64,000 nucleotides of DNA from Haliotis rufescens (Eukaryota): the NCBI RefSeq assembly GCF_023055435.1, contig NW_025964354.1:2108001-2172000 (forward strand), written 5' to 3'. Shown here piece by piece: positions 27,168-39,676 of this stretch. The notes under the pieces are model-generated. The model was not told where the DNA came from. It searched no databases and saw nothing but the letters and a program-made list of their open reading frames with translations. Within the stretch, counting starts at the first letter, position 1. Every line of letters starts with the position of its first letter. Both the position numbers and the translations under genes were made by a program.

Positions 27168-27225
27168 ATGGAGATCAAAATACGCCATTTGTGGATTATT
27201 ATCCTGATCTCATGTGGTGCCAGAT
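27168..27225 (+). CDS. Copy 3 exon 1: signal peptide MEIKIRHLWIIILISCGAR
   Basis: Basic n-region, hydrophobic core LWIIILISC, phase-1 GTAAGT donor. Same peptide at 12537-12594 and 43151-43208. Confidence 0.85.
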
Positions 27226-30200
27226 GTAAGTATATGTGAATTATATACGTGAAAATAGTACAGTTGAACTGCTTCACTGCACACAGCCCAGCACAGCGAA
27301 CATTCTCGTGTGTGCTGTTCAGCAGAACGTACATTCTCGTGTGCGCTGTACAGTAGAACGTACATACTCGTGTATGCCATTCTTTGGAATGAATCAGGTT
27401 CCGATCAATCTCTCAATAAAGATATTCTTTCAGTCTTGAGATCGTTAAACTCTAGCAATAACCTGACTAATGTAATTATACACGCTGTGCACAGGACTTA
27501 ACAACAAGCAGGCCTCCATGCGTTAACCCTCTAACGCGCAGTACGTGATGTCCTCCGATTACATGCTTAGTCATACATGTGGCTGTTCACAAGGGATTTG
27601 TTCTAAACGGTTGGACGATGTGTACATATAACATGTAGGTAATCGGAGGTGTCGACGTTCCTCTGTCCCGTATTCACCAGTGTTATCACCGGCCTATGCC
27701 ACTCACTGTGCGATCACTAGCGGAATAACGCACCCATTGTATGTGTAATTGAATGCTAAGCCATGTATGTAAAGATGCATAGAAATAAGAGGAAGTTAAT
27801 CCCCGGGCAGTGACACCACATCAGCCCCTCTGTGTACAGGTGATATCGCTTTAGTATTATTTGTCCAGCAATCATTCACCAGTTATGTATATATATAGCA
27901 TTCAAACAAGCACAATGACGCCACCACGGGGGTTTTGACAGCAATGTAGGTCACAGGTACAAGCGACGTCCTGACAATTTCCAACCCCCAGTCCTGAAAC
28001 ACACCACCAAGACGTCAGAGGATACCTTATGTCGAGTTAAAAGTACACGTTTAGGGTTACGGCATTTTACAACAAATAGGAGAGGGGACATAGGGCTTAT
28101 CGTCACGTTCAAGTAACTGCAGTTATATAGCGTTATACATGCATGTGTTCGTGAGCGTTTGTGTGTGTTGTGCGGTGGGTGGGTGGGTGTGTATTTGTGA
28201 CGTCACACTGTTGTCCTTGCAGTTGTTGATTCTGCGCCAGGAGATACTAGCCATACGGAACGTGCATTTTAAAACTATATGTCATTATGCAAAATAAAGA
28301 GAAATTTGGGCCTCATTCCTTTTTCCGGAATCAACAGATTTTCATGATATTTCGATTCTGTAGCATATTTAAACGTTTTTTGATATGACGCTGTAGCAAA
28401 TAGAATTTGAATGGATGTGACATCTAAAACACCGTGATTAGGCAAGAATGCTCAACTCGCTGAAGGGTTGGGGGGGGGGGGGGGGGGGGGGGGGAGGGAG
28501 GGTGCGGTCGGGTAGACTTGTGGTTAAAGCGTTCGTTCGTCACGCCAAAGTGTGAGTGAGTGAGTGAGTGAGTGAGTGAGTTGAGTTTAACGCCGCTTTT
28601 AACAGTATTCCAGTTATATCACAGCGTGTCAGCTTAATGTGGGAGGAAAGCCCGAAGTGATGCAGGTCTCAGACATTTACCACTTCGGTGAAACCCACGA
28701 GCACTGGTATGGTGCTGACAAACCTAGAAACATAATCGGGGCGAACCGGGATTGGAACCCACAATCATAGGTTTCTTGCGTGCCCAAGGGACGCAACTCT
28801 GCACAGCGAATCGCGGCGCCTTAGACGACTAGGCCACCCGTGCCCCGTCACGCCAAAGACCCGGGTTCGATTCCCAACATGGGTACAATGTGTGAAGCTC
28901 AGTTTTGGTGTTCCCGGCCATGAAAGTTCTGGAATATTGCTAAAAGTGGCATAAAACCATACACACTACAACAACAACAACATACTCATATTGAATTAAT
29001 CACATTTAGAAATAACACAGTATAGCACATGTCACAGTAGTATGACAGATACAAAAAAAGGGAGATAAGCGATACCTTACTTCTCACATCTAACAAGAAA
29101 TAAATAGTATTACATTGAAGACAACCACTTTCATATGTTCAATAGACGTTTTTGGCTAGAACTTTAGTTCATATATACTACTATCCATTCTATGCCATAA
29201 TAACATTGAACTTTTTTACAAACAATATATATGCTAATCTCATGTCCACTCTCTTTAGTACAACCTCTCATCTTTAGCTCGACATCATTAGTACGACACC
29301 ACGAGGTACATTCTCGTTGAGGCAGATGATCCAATCAGCAAACCAAAATCCTCAATATCATAAATAAGATTCACACTAACATGAAATACATGTGCTATTC
29401 ATTAACCTGGCCTAAACGAAGAACAGGTAAGAGAGAATACCATGTACAATACCTTTGTTAACAAAACTGTATAACACAAACAGGAAACGGTTTTGTGCAA
29501 ATTCTATTGAATTTATATATACAAAATAAAATACAACTTGAAAACATCCATAAATTCCTCACTGTTGCAGATAACCAGTGTTTGCATGTATAGCAGTACC
29601 AAATAACTGACTCTATGTTAAAGTGGTCGCTGAGATTGTGCAGGCTCATTCGCGATATTTCACATTCTCAATTTGCACTTACACAGGTTTTATACGTATT
29701 TGAAACGTTAGGGTATTTGTGTTCAATATGTTGAAAAGTCGACTTTTTCTAGTCACAGATGGTGAGAGTGTCATCGTTAGAGAGACGGAAACGGCCAGAT
29801 TCAGGTGGCAGGTGCCACGAGGGACATCTGTCCTTGCAATGTATGTGCTGAACCAAAATGGAACCGGCGTCCTCCTCGCTAACACAGCAAACCGGCACCT
29901 TGTTGCTCCTTCATATGAAGCCCGTGTCAACTTCAGTGGGAACTTGTCGGCGGGGCTTGTATCCTTTGATATGAGCAATGTCAGCAGATCTGATGCTGGG
30001 ACTAACACGTGTGGTAACGGAGGGCTGAGTGATATCATTCCGAACTGTGGACAGACGCTCATTGTTCTAGGTGAGTGTATATCAATGCAATTCGATTTTT
30101 AGCCCTACATTTCCATCCTCAGATGCTGAGAGTCAGACTACAGCCATCGCCTCCCCTGGAGATAACAGTAGAGTCAGCTTCCTCATCCCACAAGGTGGTC

Positions 30201-33200
30201 TTGGGACCGGATCTTCATTCTACTTTGTTACACCAAGTGGTGTGATAGCCTTTATTCTTACAGCATCGGACGTATTCATAGCCACAGATCCATATAAAGA
30301 TAGAGTAATTTTTGAAGGCAGCTATTCCTCGAGGAACATCACATTTGTGCTGGAGAACATTACAAGATCGGATGCAGGACATTATAATTGTAGCAATGCA
30401 GGTTCTACCAATCAGATACCGAACTGTGGCTTGAAGCTTATAGTCATCGGTATGTTGTTTACATTTGATAAATCAATACATGTTGATATTCATAACCCTT
30501 TGTACAGTTACATCCTGTTCCCACAACCATGTGCATACACGTTGAACAGCTGTGGGATATGAATGTGTATCACACTGTGTCTGTAGCAGGAGCCATCTCA
30601 AATCAGAATAGAAAGTATTGTGTGTCTTCCTCACCTGACTCGAATAATATATAAAATGACATAATATAAACAAATAAACGACTTATCATAGCAAATTGTA
30701 TGCTAGATTTACACTCCTTGTCACAAAATGTGTGTGTCTTGTAAAAGCGTGCCAACAATCATTTCAGGGCTCCTTTGTGACAGTAATAACATTATACAAT
30801 AAAGAAGGATTTGAGGGACATGGCAAGGGCTATATGATAGTGAGTACAATGCAATGTTGCGTACAAGCCATCATGACAGATTAAACGACCTATCACAGTA
30901 GATTGTATACTACATTGTACATTCCTTCTCCAAGAATGTGTGTTTCTTGTAAAAGAGTGCCAACAATCATTCCAGGTGAGCCGACCAAGCCAGTCATATC
31001 ACTTCAATCTACTCCCGTGGTTGGCAGGAACGTCACGATGACGTGCTCATCTACATCTACAACACTACCTGCAGATCATGGACTGACCTTCACCTACACC
31101 TGGAAGATAGATGGTGTCAACATTAACTTGCCAGGTGGCGCTAGTCTAACAGTTCTGGTTGAGAGTCATGACCCACAAGGTATCACCTGCCACGTGACAG
31201 AGGATGAGGGCCTGGGGGGAGATAGCGACGTTCTGATGATAACTCCTGACTGTAAGTATATAGCTATAGATTACCAGATACACATCTGTATGTGGTGCAA
31301 CTGTAACCACATTGGAATGTCTACAACTTTGAACTGCATACAAATGGTGTAATACCAAGGTTACCGTCACGATATTCCGATTGAATTAAACTGAACAAAG
31401 ATAGATTATACTTTTCCTAACTTGCCTGTACAGCACAAAGTGGAAGGTTCATAATGTATATATAAATACTCAATAGTGTAATATTACTTGCTGAACAAAA
31501 TACCCTGTAATGATAAATACGATATTTGGAAGGCACTACTGTAGGTGTGTGTTGGGAAAGAGTTGCTTGGTTTGTAATATATATTATAAAACAAGGCTTT
31601 GAGTTTGAATTGATCATAGTATACACATGCACAACAGTTAAGCGCCACCCACCATATTTGTGAGCTGTTTCTTTCTAATATAACGAGATGTATGTACGAG
31701 TGTTATAAGCCGTATATGTAAACCTCATGTGATGCAAAAGTTGTCCCAAAGCAAGTTTTTCTTGTGTTCACATCAGGTGTCACATAGACACCCTAGGGAG
31801 TGCAGAGTCTATTGCAAGACAGAAACGTCAGTAACGTGTGTGTGATGGCATTGTTAGCAATTCAGGTTTCCACGAATTGTCCAGCGGAAGTTTGCAGCCG
31901 AAGGAAACACAACCCCCTGCCACATGCTAAGGTCTTCTGGATGTTACTTGGTGCAAAACGAGCATTACGTTGCCTCCAAACACGTATTCGACCATCAACA
32001 GTTCGAAGCAACATTCGACACTCGTCAGACCAATGGATCCTTCTCCAGTTGGCCAAGTTCCATCGACTATGGGCACGACACCATATCAGACGATTCCGCA
32101 TGTGCCTCTCAGTCAGTTGAGGACGTTTTACTGGTCTTATGGCGTTATAACCAGCCGCTCTTAGGCGACGCCTTACGGTCATCGTCGAGAGTCTCTGATG
32201 GGTAATTCACTGCAGTCTTAAATCTGTTCAAGTGGCAAATGGATTTCGTCTGACTATCCTGAAAAGACGTCTATCCTCTCTGTTAGAGGTCTTTCTTGGA
32301 CTAAGAGACCTATGCCTGTCATTGACATCATTGGTTTGACCATGTTTGACAATCAAACGAGTGATAACACTGATGACGACCCATTTGTCTTGCAGTGGCC
32401 CTGCATGACATGCCAGCAATTTTCATGCCTATCACTTGCCATCTTTCAGCGTTCGTTTCATTTCCTTGTGGTATCTGGACAGATGTTGGTTCCTGAAACT
32501 ATGGAGGCCTAATTCAATCATCTTTCGTATTTCTGATTCCCACACGTGAAATCAAGAGACTATGAATATGGTGGCGCTTAATTTTTGTGCATGTGTATAT
32601 AACACTATATATATTTATATTCTAAAACGACATATGTCTTTCTCCTTGATGATACGAATGGAACATTTAGAAGAACGTATTCAGTATTGAGTTATATTTC
32701 TAATTATTTGACTTTACAATCGAATTGCAATTACTTTCGTTTATGTAACTAAAAACCAAGTTTGAATTGATTCCAAGCACTGATCTTACAGATCCTCCGT
32801 ACAATGCCAGCATCTCGCCAGCATCTGTACAAGTCAAGGAGACTGACGTCGTACCCCAGGTCACGTGTGTCAGCACGTGTCGACCTGCATGCTCATATTC
32901 CTGGAAACAAGGATCTCAGACAGTCGTGACTGGACAGGTGCTCAGTCTTGGTGCAGCAAACAGGACCATGGCTGGCAGCTACGTGTGCACGGCGACTAAC
33001 GTATATGGCATAACACAGAGTCCTGCTGTTTCACTTGATGTCCAATGTGCGTAGGGCTGCATTTCATGTTAGAGTAAACCATGCTTGTGATAAGAGGCGA
33101 CGAACGGGATCTGGCCCTCTGACTTGCGTAGATCGATGATCATGATTTCAATCACTGGATTGTCTGGTCCAGAAACGATTCAACAACAACTGGCGTTAAA

Positions 33201-36200
33201 CAACAAACAAATCATGTATAATAAAATAGAGTCTGGATCAGACAATATATTAACTGACATCATGAGCATCAATTTACGGCAATTGTGATAACATGACAAA
33301 CAACCAAAGATATAACATCACCACGCCTGATCACACAATCCCTCTGGTCGCCTTTTACGATCCATTGTAAACCGGAAACTTCACGACGTGCTGAAAATGA
33401 TTATTTAAGTGAATGAAGCATGATGACATGCTGGAACTAGTTTGTATGAAATATGGAATATAAACCACAGGTGGTCAAATTTACTTGAGTGAGTGATAAT
33501 GGTTTTACGCCGCTTTGAGCAATATTCCAGCAATATCATGGCGAGGGACAGCAGAAATGAGCTTCACACCTTGTACCCATGTGGGGAATCGAACCCGCGT
33601 CTTCGGCGTGACGAGCGAACGCTTTAACCACTAGGCTACCCCACCAACCCCAAACTTACTTGATACATCATAAATATTTACAGAGATGGTTTGCATATTT
33701 CAGCGTCTTCACTGTTGTATTGTCATATTTTATCTAAAATGAAGTGAAGATACATATCACAATGTTTCTTAGTTTGCATAATTTAGACGAGTCGCATTAC
33801 AACTAAGACGGAAGGACAATGTAAAGGTATAATTTAAATCCTCCTTTCACTCTTCAGATAAACCATCTGCAGTTTTAATGGCTAATGGTCAGTCCAATGC
33901 AGCTGCAGTTGACGAAAGAGGCTCTGTTGTTCTGTCATGCGCAGTAGACAGTAATCCTTTCTCCAGCATTTCCATCATGAACGGCACTATTCGACTGAAC
34001 CACGTGACAGAGGCAGCCGGCGCCAGCTTCAACTGGACTGGAGCGGATTGTCTTGACGGCAGCGTCTACACGTGTCTTGCAAGGAACATAGTTGGTGAAA
34101 CGACAGCATCAGTAACAGTAAATATAAAATGTAGGTACCTTGATGAGACTCTAAAGGTATCTGGTTTAATAACCAAGATATTCACACATCTATTGATATA
34201 TTCTACAGCCACGTATGCTACCTGGAAGAAGTATGTCCAATATTGAGCGTAAATTTTATGGGAAATTAGAAGGTGATATGTTGACTCATATCCTCATACT
34301 GACTTGTCAAGAAGCAATGTATTTGACAAAAAGGACGACTTTTCGATAAAGAAACTGCATTGATGTATAAAACTATAAAGTCACTGTCATTGCAATAAAA
34401 TACTTGACAAAGAAATATTTTCAATGCAGGGAGAAACATGTGAAAAGAATTACTTTTTACATTAAAGGTTCCCCGCGGCTCAATTTCCAATACCCCACAG
34501 GGAGGGACGTGTATGTTGAAATAGGGCAGCCAATCAGATTACAGGTGTACATCCTGGCCTTTCCACAACCGACCTTCACCTGGTTTAAACAGAATGGAGG
34601 TAGTGCAGAACCTGTCGACCTGTCAAAATGGCGCCAGTATGACGAGGCCATGACGTCATATATTGTCACAGATATTGTTGAAGAGACAGATTATGGAGTG
34701 TATTATGTAAACGTCACAAACACACTTGGAAGATTCCGAATGCAATTTCAACTTGGAAAGAAAGGTGGGTTTGAACTAAATAATTGAACTAACTGAAACA
34801 AAATATATGTTAGACTGAAATAACACAAACACGCACCATTATAGTAATTCATTATCATGGGATCATGTTTCCTTATTCAATCTATGGTATGTTCTTCATC
34901 ACTTACAGCACCACTTTCTGTACCGGAGAACTTCCAGTGTCAAAACAAAGCCGGCAGCTACATCCTTCAGTGGACACCGGGTGGTGATGATGAGACAAGA
35001 GGCGTAGGGTTCCTGGTGGAACAAAGACTGCCACAGGCTAACTGGACCACAGTCTCCGCCACTGTTGCAAGTGATGGTGTGAGGAGACAGGTGGAGCTAC
35101 CAGAGGCTGGAGACAGGACCGTCTTCTTCAGGCTCTATGCTGCAGAGGGCACTGCAAGGACGTCACCAGTGACAGCGTCATGTACATCATTCACTGTTGC
35201 AGTCGACAATGGTATGTCAGACCGATACTATATTTCACTGTTCATTGTATGAATATTTTTGTGCTCACTTTTATAACTTTCTAACTTTTTTTTCAATAAA
35301 CATATCCTTAATGTTTCAGAGATCGTAGATAGATGATTATCAAACTTCATTACGCTTTAATCGTTGTTGAAGTTTTCATTTCCTTCCATGGTTTGATGAT
35401 TCAATGACGCAGGTACAATATGATGCACGTCAAGATCAGATAGACAAAGTGAAAACATTTTATTGCTCTTACGTGGGCGTTCACCATTCAATTTCCTATG
35501 TGTGTGATATTCAAATACTATTACTTACGATAGGCTCCGATATCATGCTTCTAAAATTTGACTTTGTTTTGAAAGATGAAGCTATCTAAACTAACATCCC
35601 TTTCTCTGTGTTCAGGTGAGCTATCGTTCGGGGCAGGTGTGGGCGTTGGCCTTGCTGTTGCAGTAGCTGCTGCAGCAGTGTGCCTGGCTGTAGTTTGTAT
35701 CTGCAGAAAGAAGCGACTGTCACTAAGGAATGGTATGTATACATGGCTTATCAGGATAGGAGATACACGTTTCCCTGAGACAAAACACTAGCTCAGTTTA
35801 TATTGCCACATGACATGGATGACAGTTCACTCAGACGACTCTCGAAATATGAGCGAACACACAACATGAACAAAACTATGTTGCTGATGTTGCTTAACAA
35901 TGCTGTTGAAAGTTGTCTGAGGAAGCGGATCAGTAATGTTCGTGGCAGGTTCATTCTAAAGCTGTACATAATGTGAACATTCGTCTAAATCTACCACATC
36001 AACACTAAAGCTATAAACGATGCATTGCAATAGAAGGGTAGGAACATAAGACTTTATAACATATAACTTTAACTGAGAAAGAGATACCAGTTGGACATAG
36101 TCAGACACCTAATCATGATACCATGTTTAACATGTTTGTGATATTTCAAATAGGATACCAGGGTACCAGCCCGATATTGGTATCGGCTTGTCAATATGAC

Positions 36201-38556
36201 ATAACACTTGCATTATTAGTGAGTGAGTGGACAGGTTCTTTAAGACGCATCAGCAATATACCAGGTATTTGCGACAAAGTATGGACAATAAGTGGACCAC
36301 TTCGTATAAAGTTCAACCAATTTCATCACTCCCCTAACCGCAGTCATGTGGTGTTCAAGACGTACAAACTGAAAAGGAATGTACTACACCAGAACTTGTG
36401 TGAGATGGACTTTACCATAACAGGATGTACACCATGACAGGACACAGATTTATACAGTTTGCACATCGGTTTTTCGATTCATACCTCAATGAACCGGAAA
36501 AAATACAGTCAATGTTTGAATGCACACAAGATACCGAACTATCGGCTCACATTACTTTTATACTGCCAACCAAGAATATTCTTCAAGATCTATGCACCAA
36601 CAACAAATGAGGATTGGATGGTCAACTGAACACAAGATATCTTTGGAGAAATAGCTGGAAGGTCATAAGGAAGAGGTTTGAAGATGTCTGAAGCTGTGAC
36701 GTTGTGGAATGTTTTTTCAGGCAACTTCTGTGGTTAAGATAACATCCATACAGCATTTCTCATGGGCGAGACTTGCATCAGTAAAATCAGTCCTCGCTTA
36801 GAGTTAACAACTGTGTCTGCACACATTGGGCAACTCATGTAGAAACAACTTGACACCAATAGTGATAGTGTCGCTTGGGTTTCTATCCATATAAAAATGG
36901 GTCACCATATGCTCATCTAATTTCACTGACGTGGTTTGATGGGATATTCCATTAAAACAATTATTTACTTGTGTTAAATTAAATGCACCTTATTGTAATA
37001 TAATGTTGGATCGAAATGAAATATGTCAGTTAAGGACAAGTTCATTCTTTTATTTGACAAAATAAGCATTGTACACATACAATACTAGTTTTGTCGCTGA
37101 CCAGTTGAAATGCACATATACATGTATCTAAGTCTGTATTTCATTACTCAAACGATTACTTTACAATGTACTAATTATACCTATATTTTGAGTAGGCCTA
37201 TATATTTCATCCTTTTGTAAGGAGTGGTTAGAATGATATGAAACAGAAAATGTAAACATGTACTGCTCCACACTATTAATACACTATTGATGACTGGGAT
37301 GATTTGATCACACAATAATTGTTACGAACATGACACGGGTACAAGCTGTTATAGTGTGGGAGATCTGTGTTTCCAGATCCGTCGAGGCAGAAGGAAGAGG
37401 AATCTGTGTAAGTACTTTTGGCTCTTGCTATACTTAAAATAAGTGAGTACTTAAACATGTTGATGCTGAATTGAAAGCGGAACAGATGTGTAGTTCATTG
37501 TACCCTGTTATTACTGTATCAGTGTAGACTATATCATTTGTGATTAAACGTAATTCGCAGAGGAAAGTTAATTCATGTTATATGGACACACACAATAGAA
37601 TGTCCTGCAATGTGACGCTACTGTTTCTATACAGATATCATGAGGTAGCTGCATCTACCGTGACAACTCAGCACAATCGCCAGCAACATCGTCAGTCAGG
37701 TAAAACAAGGATTATGGACTGGACATAAGTCACATTCTTGTTTACTGGACCCGAAAAAACACAATATTGACTGTGGAAGAAGACCGCGGTCGATGTTGTT
37801 TTGTTCGGGTTCATAAAACATGTAGTGGCATAAAATATAATTGTTTATTATATAAGAAAGCGACAAAGGCACAATCAAAATAGGCTTTTGGTCGCTTCTG
37901 TCGAATGACACGTGACCGCTCCTTGGCCAATGAAATGGCTTAATTTCAAGGACATAAAGAAAGGAGGTATATATCCAATCCTTGTCAACCAATGGTGTAT
38001 TGTTGTCCTTATAATTTGGATTTCACGAAAAAAGTTTGTAAAAGTTTATCTCATTATAATTATTTGTATTTGTGATGCATATCTTCCTTGGTGTCTGATA
38101 TTTCCAGTTAGCATACTTATTTAAAAACTGAGGGTTCACAAGTTCCAGTTACCACAGAGAATCTGACTCGACTGTCAAAGATACTTATTGATGTATGGTT
38201 TCAAATACAAGGAGCTGCTGACAACGCGGATGTTTCCACCTGGTTATCGTCGATTGTTTCAGTTACATGCATATCGTATGTCCTTGTTTCATGAAATATT
38301 GAGATCACAAGGAGGATAAACACCATTATTGTTTATTGCGAGCTCAATCTTGTCACAAATAGGTTTACTGTACATGGTTTGTACTTTGGGCGACCACAGG
38401 ATGATGTGTAATAATACCATTACAGGTGCGGGGACATCTGGCAGCACTTACGACGCCCTCACATCTGACAGGGACACGCCAACAGAAGCACCAGCTTACG
38501 AGAAACTAGAGAAACAGTATGTGAACATGGCGGTGTCTGCTTATGATGAGACCTAA
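27168..38556 (+). CDS. IgSF receptor paralogue 3, complete open gene (SP-V1-V2-4xIg-FnIII-TM-Tyr-motif tail; 814 aa with both V exons, 710 aa with V2 only, 705 aa with V1 only)
   Basis: 12 exons, all open and in phase, total 2445 nt. The architecture resembles proteins loosely labelled nephrin-, CD22- or CEACAM-like in invertebrates; no orthologue can be named from sequence alone. Confidence 0.9.
28501..28967 (+). mobile_element. SINE A with nested antisense SINE B (28551-28846)
   Basis: Paralogous to 13851-14309; preceded by a 25-G run (28470-28494) versus 14 G at 13839-13852. Confidence 0.85.
29759..30070 (+). CDS. Copy 3 exon V1: atypical V-set Ig domain
   Basis: YEARVNFSG...SFDMSNVSRSDAGTNTC-x11-CGQTLIVL; 312 nt, phase 1-1. 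Confidence 0.8.
30123..30449 (+). CDS. Copy 3 exon V2: atypical V-set Ig domain
   Basis: YKDRVIFEG...ITFVLENITRSDAGHYNC-x11-CGLKLIVI; 327 nt, phase 1-1. Confidence 0.88.
30976..31251 (+). CDS. Copy 3 exon Ig3 (C2-like)
   Basis: EPTKPVISL..GRNVTMTCSS..YTWKIDG..ITCHVTE; 276 nt. Confidence 0.88.
31624..32595 (-). mobile_element. Tc1 element, internally deleted, no SINE
   Basis: Same TIRs and site as 16645-18224; retains TVRRRLRAAGY..RPVKRPQLT..WSDEC. Confidence 0.9.
32792..33046 (+). CDS. Copy 3 exon Ig4 (C2/I-like)
   Basis: VTCVSTCRPACSYSW...MAGSYVCTATN; 255 nt. Confidence 0.88.
33490..33651 (-). mobile_element. SINE family A
   Basis: Paralogous to 19098-19258. Confidence 0.85.
33858..34130 (+). 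CDS. Copy 3 exon Ig5 (I/C2-like)
   Basis: SVVLSCAVDSNP...ADCLDGSVYTCLARNIVG; 273 nt. Confidence 0.88.
34468..34764 (+). CDS. Copy 3 exon Ig6 (I-like, no canonical Cys pair)
   Basis: AFPQPTFTWFK...TDYGVYYVNVTNTLG; 297 nt. Confidence 0.88.
34909..35211 (+). CDS. Copy 3 exon FnIII-like
   Basis: PLSVPENFQC..YILQWTPGGD..FLVEQR..W..VFFRLYAAE; 303 nt. Confidence 0.8.
35616..35732 (+). CDS. Copy 3 transmembrane exon
   Basis: FGAGVGVGLAVAVAAAAVCLAVVCIC followed by RKKR; GxxxG motifs; 117 nt. Confidence 0.9.
36370..36620 (+). mobile_element. Very degenerate LINE (RTE-like) endonuclease remnant in the long TM-cyt1 intron
   Basis: Broken-frame fragments LCEM, GHRFI, HIGF and IYAPTT fall in the order expected for an APE endonuclease; paralogue at ~52190-52430. 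Confidence 0.35.
37377..37407 (+). CDS. Copy 3 cytoplasmic micro-exon 1 (DPSRQKEEESV)
   Basis: 31 nt, ttccag acceptor and gtaagt donor, phase 1-2, conserved in all four copies. Confidence 0.75.
37635..37699 (+). CDS. Copy 3 cytoplasmic exon 2 (YHEVAASTVTTQHNRQQHRQS)
   Basis: 65 nt, phase 2-1; restores frame with micro-exon 1. Confidence 0.75.
38426..38556 (+). CDS. Copy 3 terminal exon with YDAL, YEKL and YVNM motifs
   Basis: GAGTSGSTYDALTSDRDTPTEAPAYEKLEKQYVNMAVSAYDET-stop; nearly identical in all four copies. Confidence 0.85.
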
Positions 38557-39582
38557 ATGCAATCATCACGGGTTTCACAAACACACATGCCACGACATAG
38601 TATACACATGAAGCCTCATAGTAGACTTGACGTACGTTTCAAGCGCTAACTTATTTTCCAATCTCGTGTACGGAAAGATCGTGATATTGAGGGGCAGCAT
38701 TACCCAATCGTCACTCAGTTCTCTATGTACATCTGCATTTCTTGGACGTACCAGAAAACTACGCGCTTCGGTTCGAATACCAGATTCGCCCTCTTTATAA
38801 TTCTATAATTCTTGGTTTGTCAGCACCATACCCATGCTCGTGAGTTTCACCAAAGTTGACTAGCCCTGATAATAATACTCACCAAAGCACGGTTAGCTAA
38901 CTCATTCAGCTGAACAATTGTTCAACAAACTGATAATACCTGACACCAGCTGTGACGATCAACTCACAGAGTCTATGCCACGATCCGAATGTTTCCCACT
39001 ATTAGAAACATCATTACTGACAGTGCTGACATGTTTTTTCCTAAAATGCAATAAGCACTGAGTGTATCTTGTTTCCGTGATTGCCTGCGTGGTCAAACGG
39101 AATGTCAGGGGTATCAGCAGACATGAAATGATGGTACTTGTTGTTACCCTGCCTGGCACTCGGCAATAAGGACATACACTACAATATGTCTGAGTATCTC
39201 TTCACACCAGTACTATATAACTGGCATAAGTCTAGATTCGTTCATGCAGCGACACATACACATACATCCACGTCGATATGCAGTGAAGTGATCATGAAAT
39301 TCTTTTCAAACCCCATTTCATCTCCCCTTTGTTTGGCGACGATCGCAGTTTTGACAGCTGGTTATACATCATATTGTCTTCTCGAAGTTTGACAAGACAG
39401 ACCATAAGAAAAAAATGTTAATCTACAACATTACTATATAAACTATGCACTTTAATAAATATGTCAATTGTCAAGCAGACTGAGTTGTTTGTTCCCCACC
39501 TTCAGCAGTGTTAAATTTGCACGTACAACACAAGGTTCATGTGAACGTGTCGGCCTTGAAGCTACTTTGTTCTTCAGTGAAA

Positions 39583-39676
39583 GTGAGTGAGCATGGTTTT
39601 ATGCCGCTTTTAGCTTTATTCCAGCAATATTACGGTGGGGGACACCAGGAATGGGCTTCACACATTGTACCCATGT
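39583..39676 (-). mobile_element. SINE A 3' fragment
   Basis: Tail and part of the body; shorter remnants at ~9903-9948 and ~24355-24398. Confidence 0.7.

Noticed and set aside
27168-38556. Naming the gene nephrin, Dscam, CD22, hemicentin or FREP
   Set aside because: Domain count and V-domain features do not fit any of these, and there is no fibrinogen domain; no symbol assigned.
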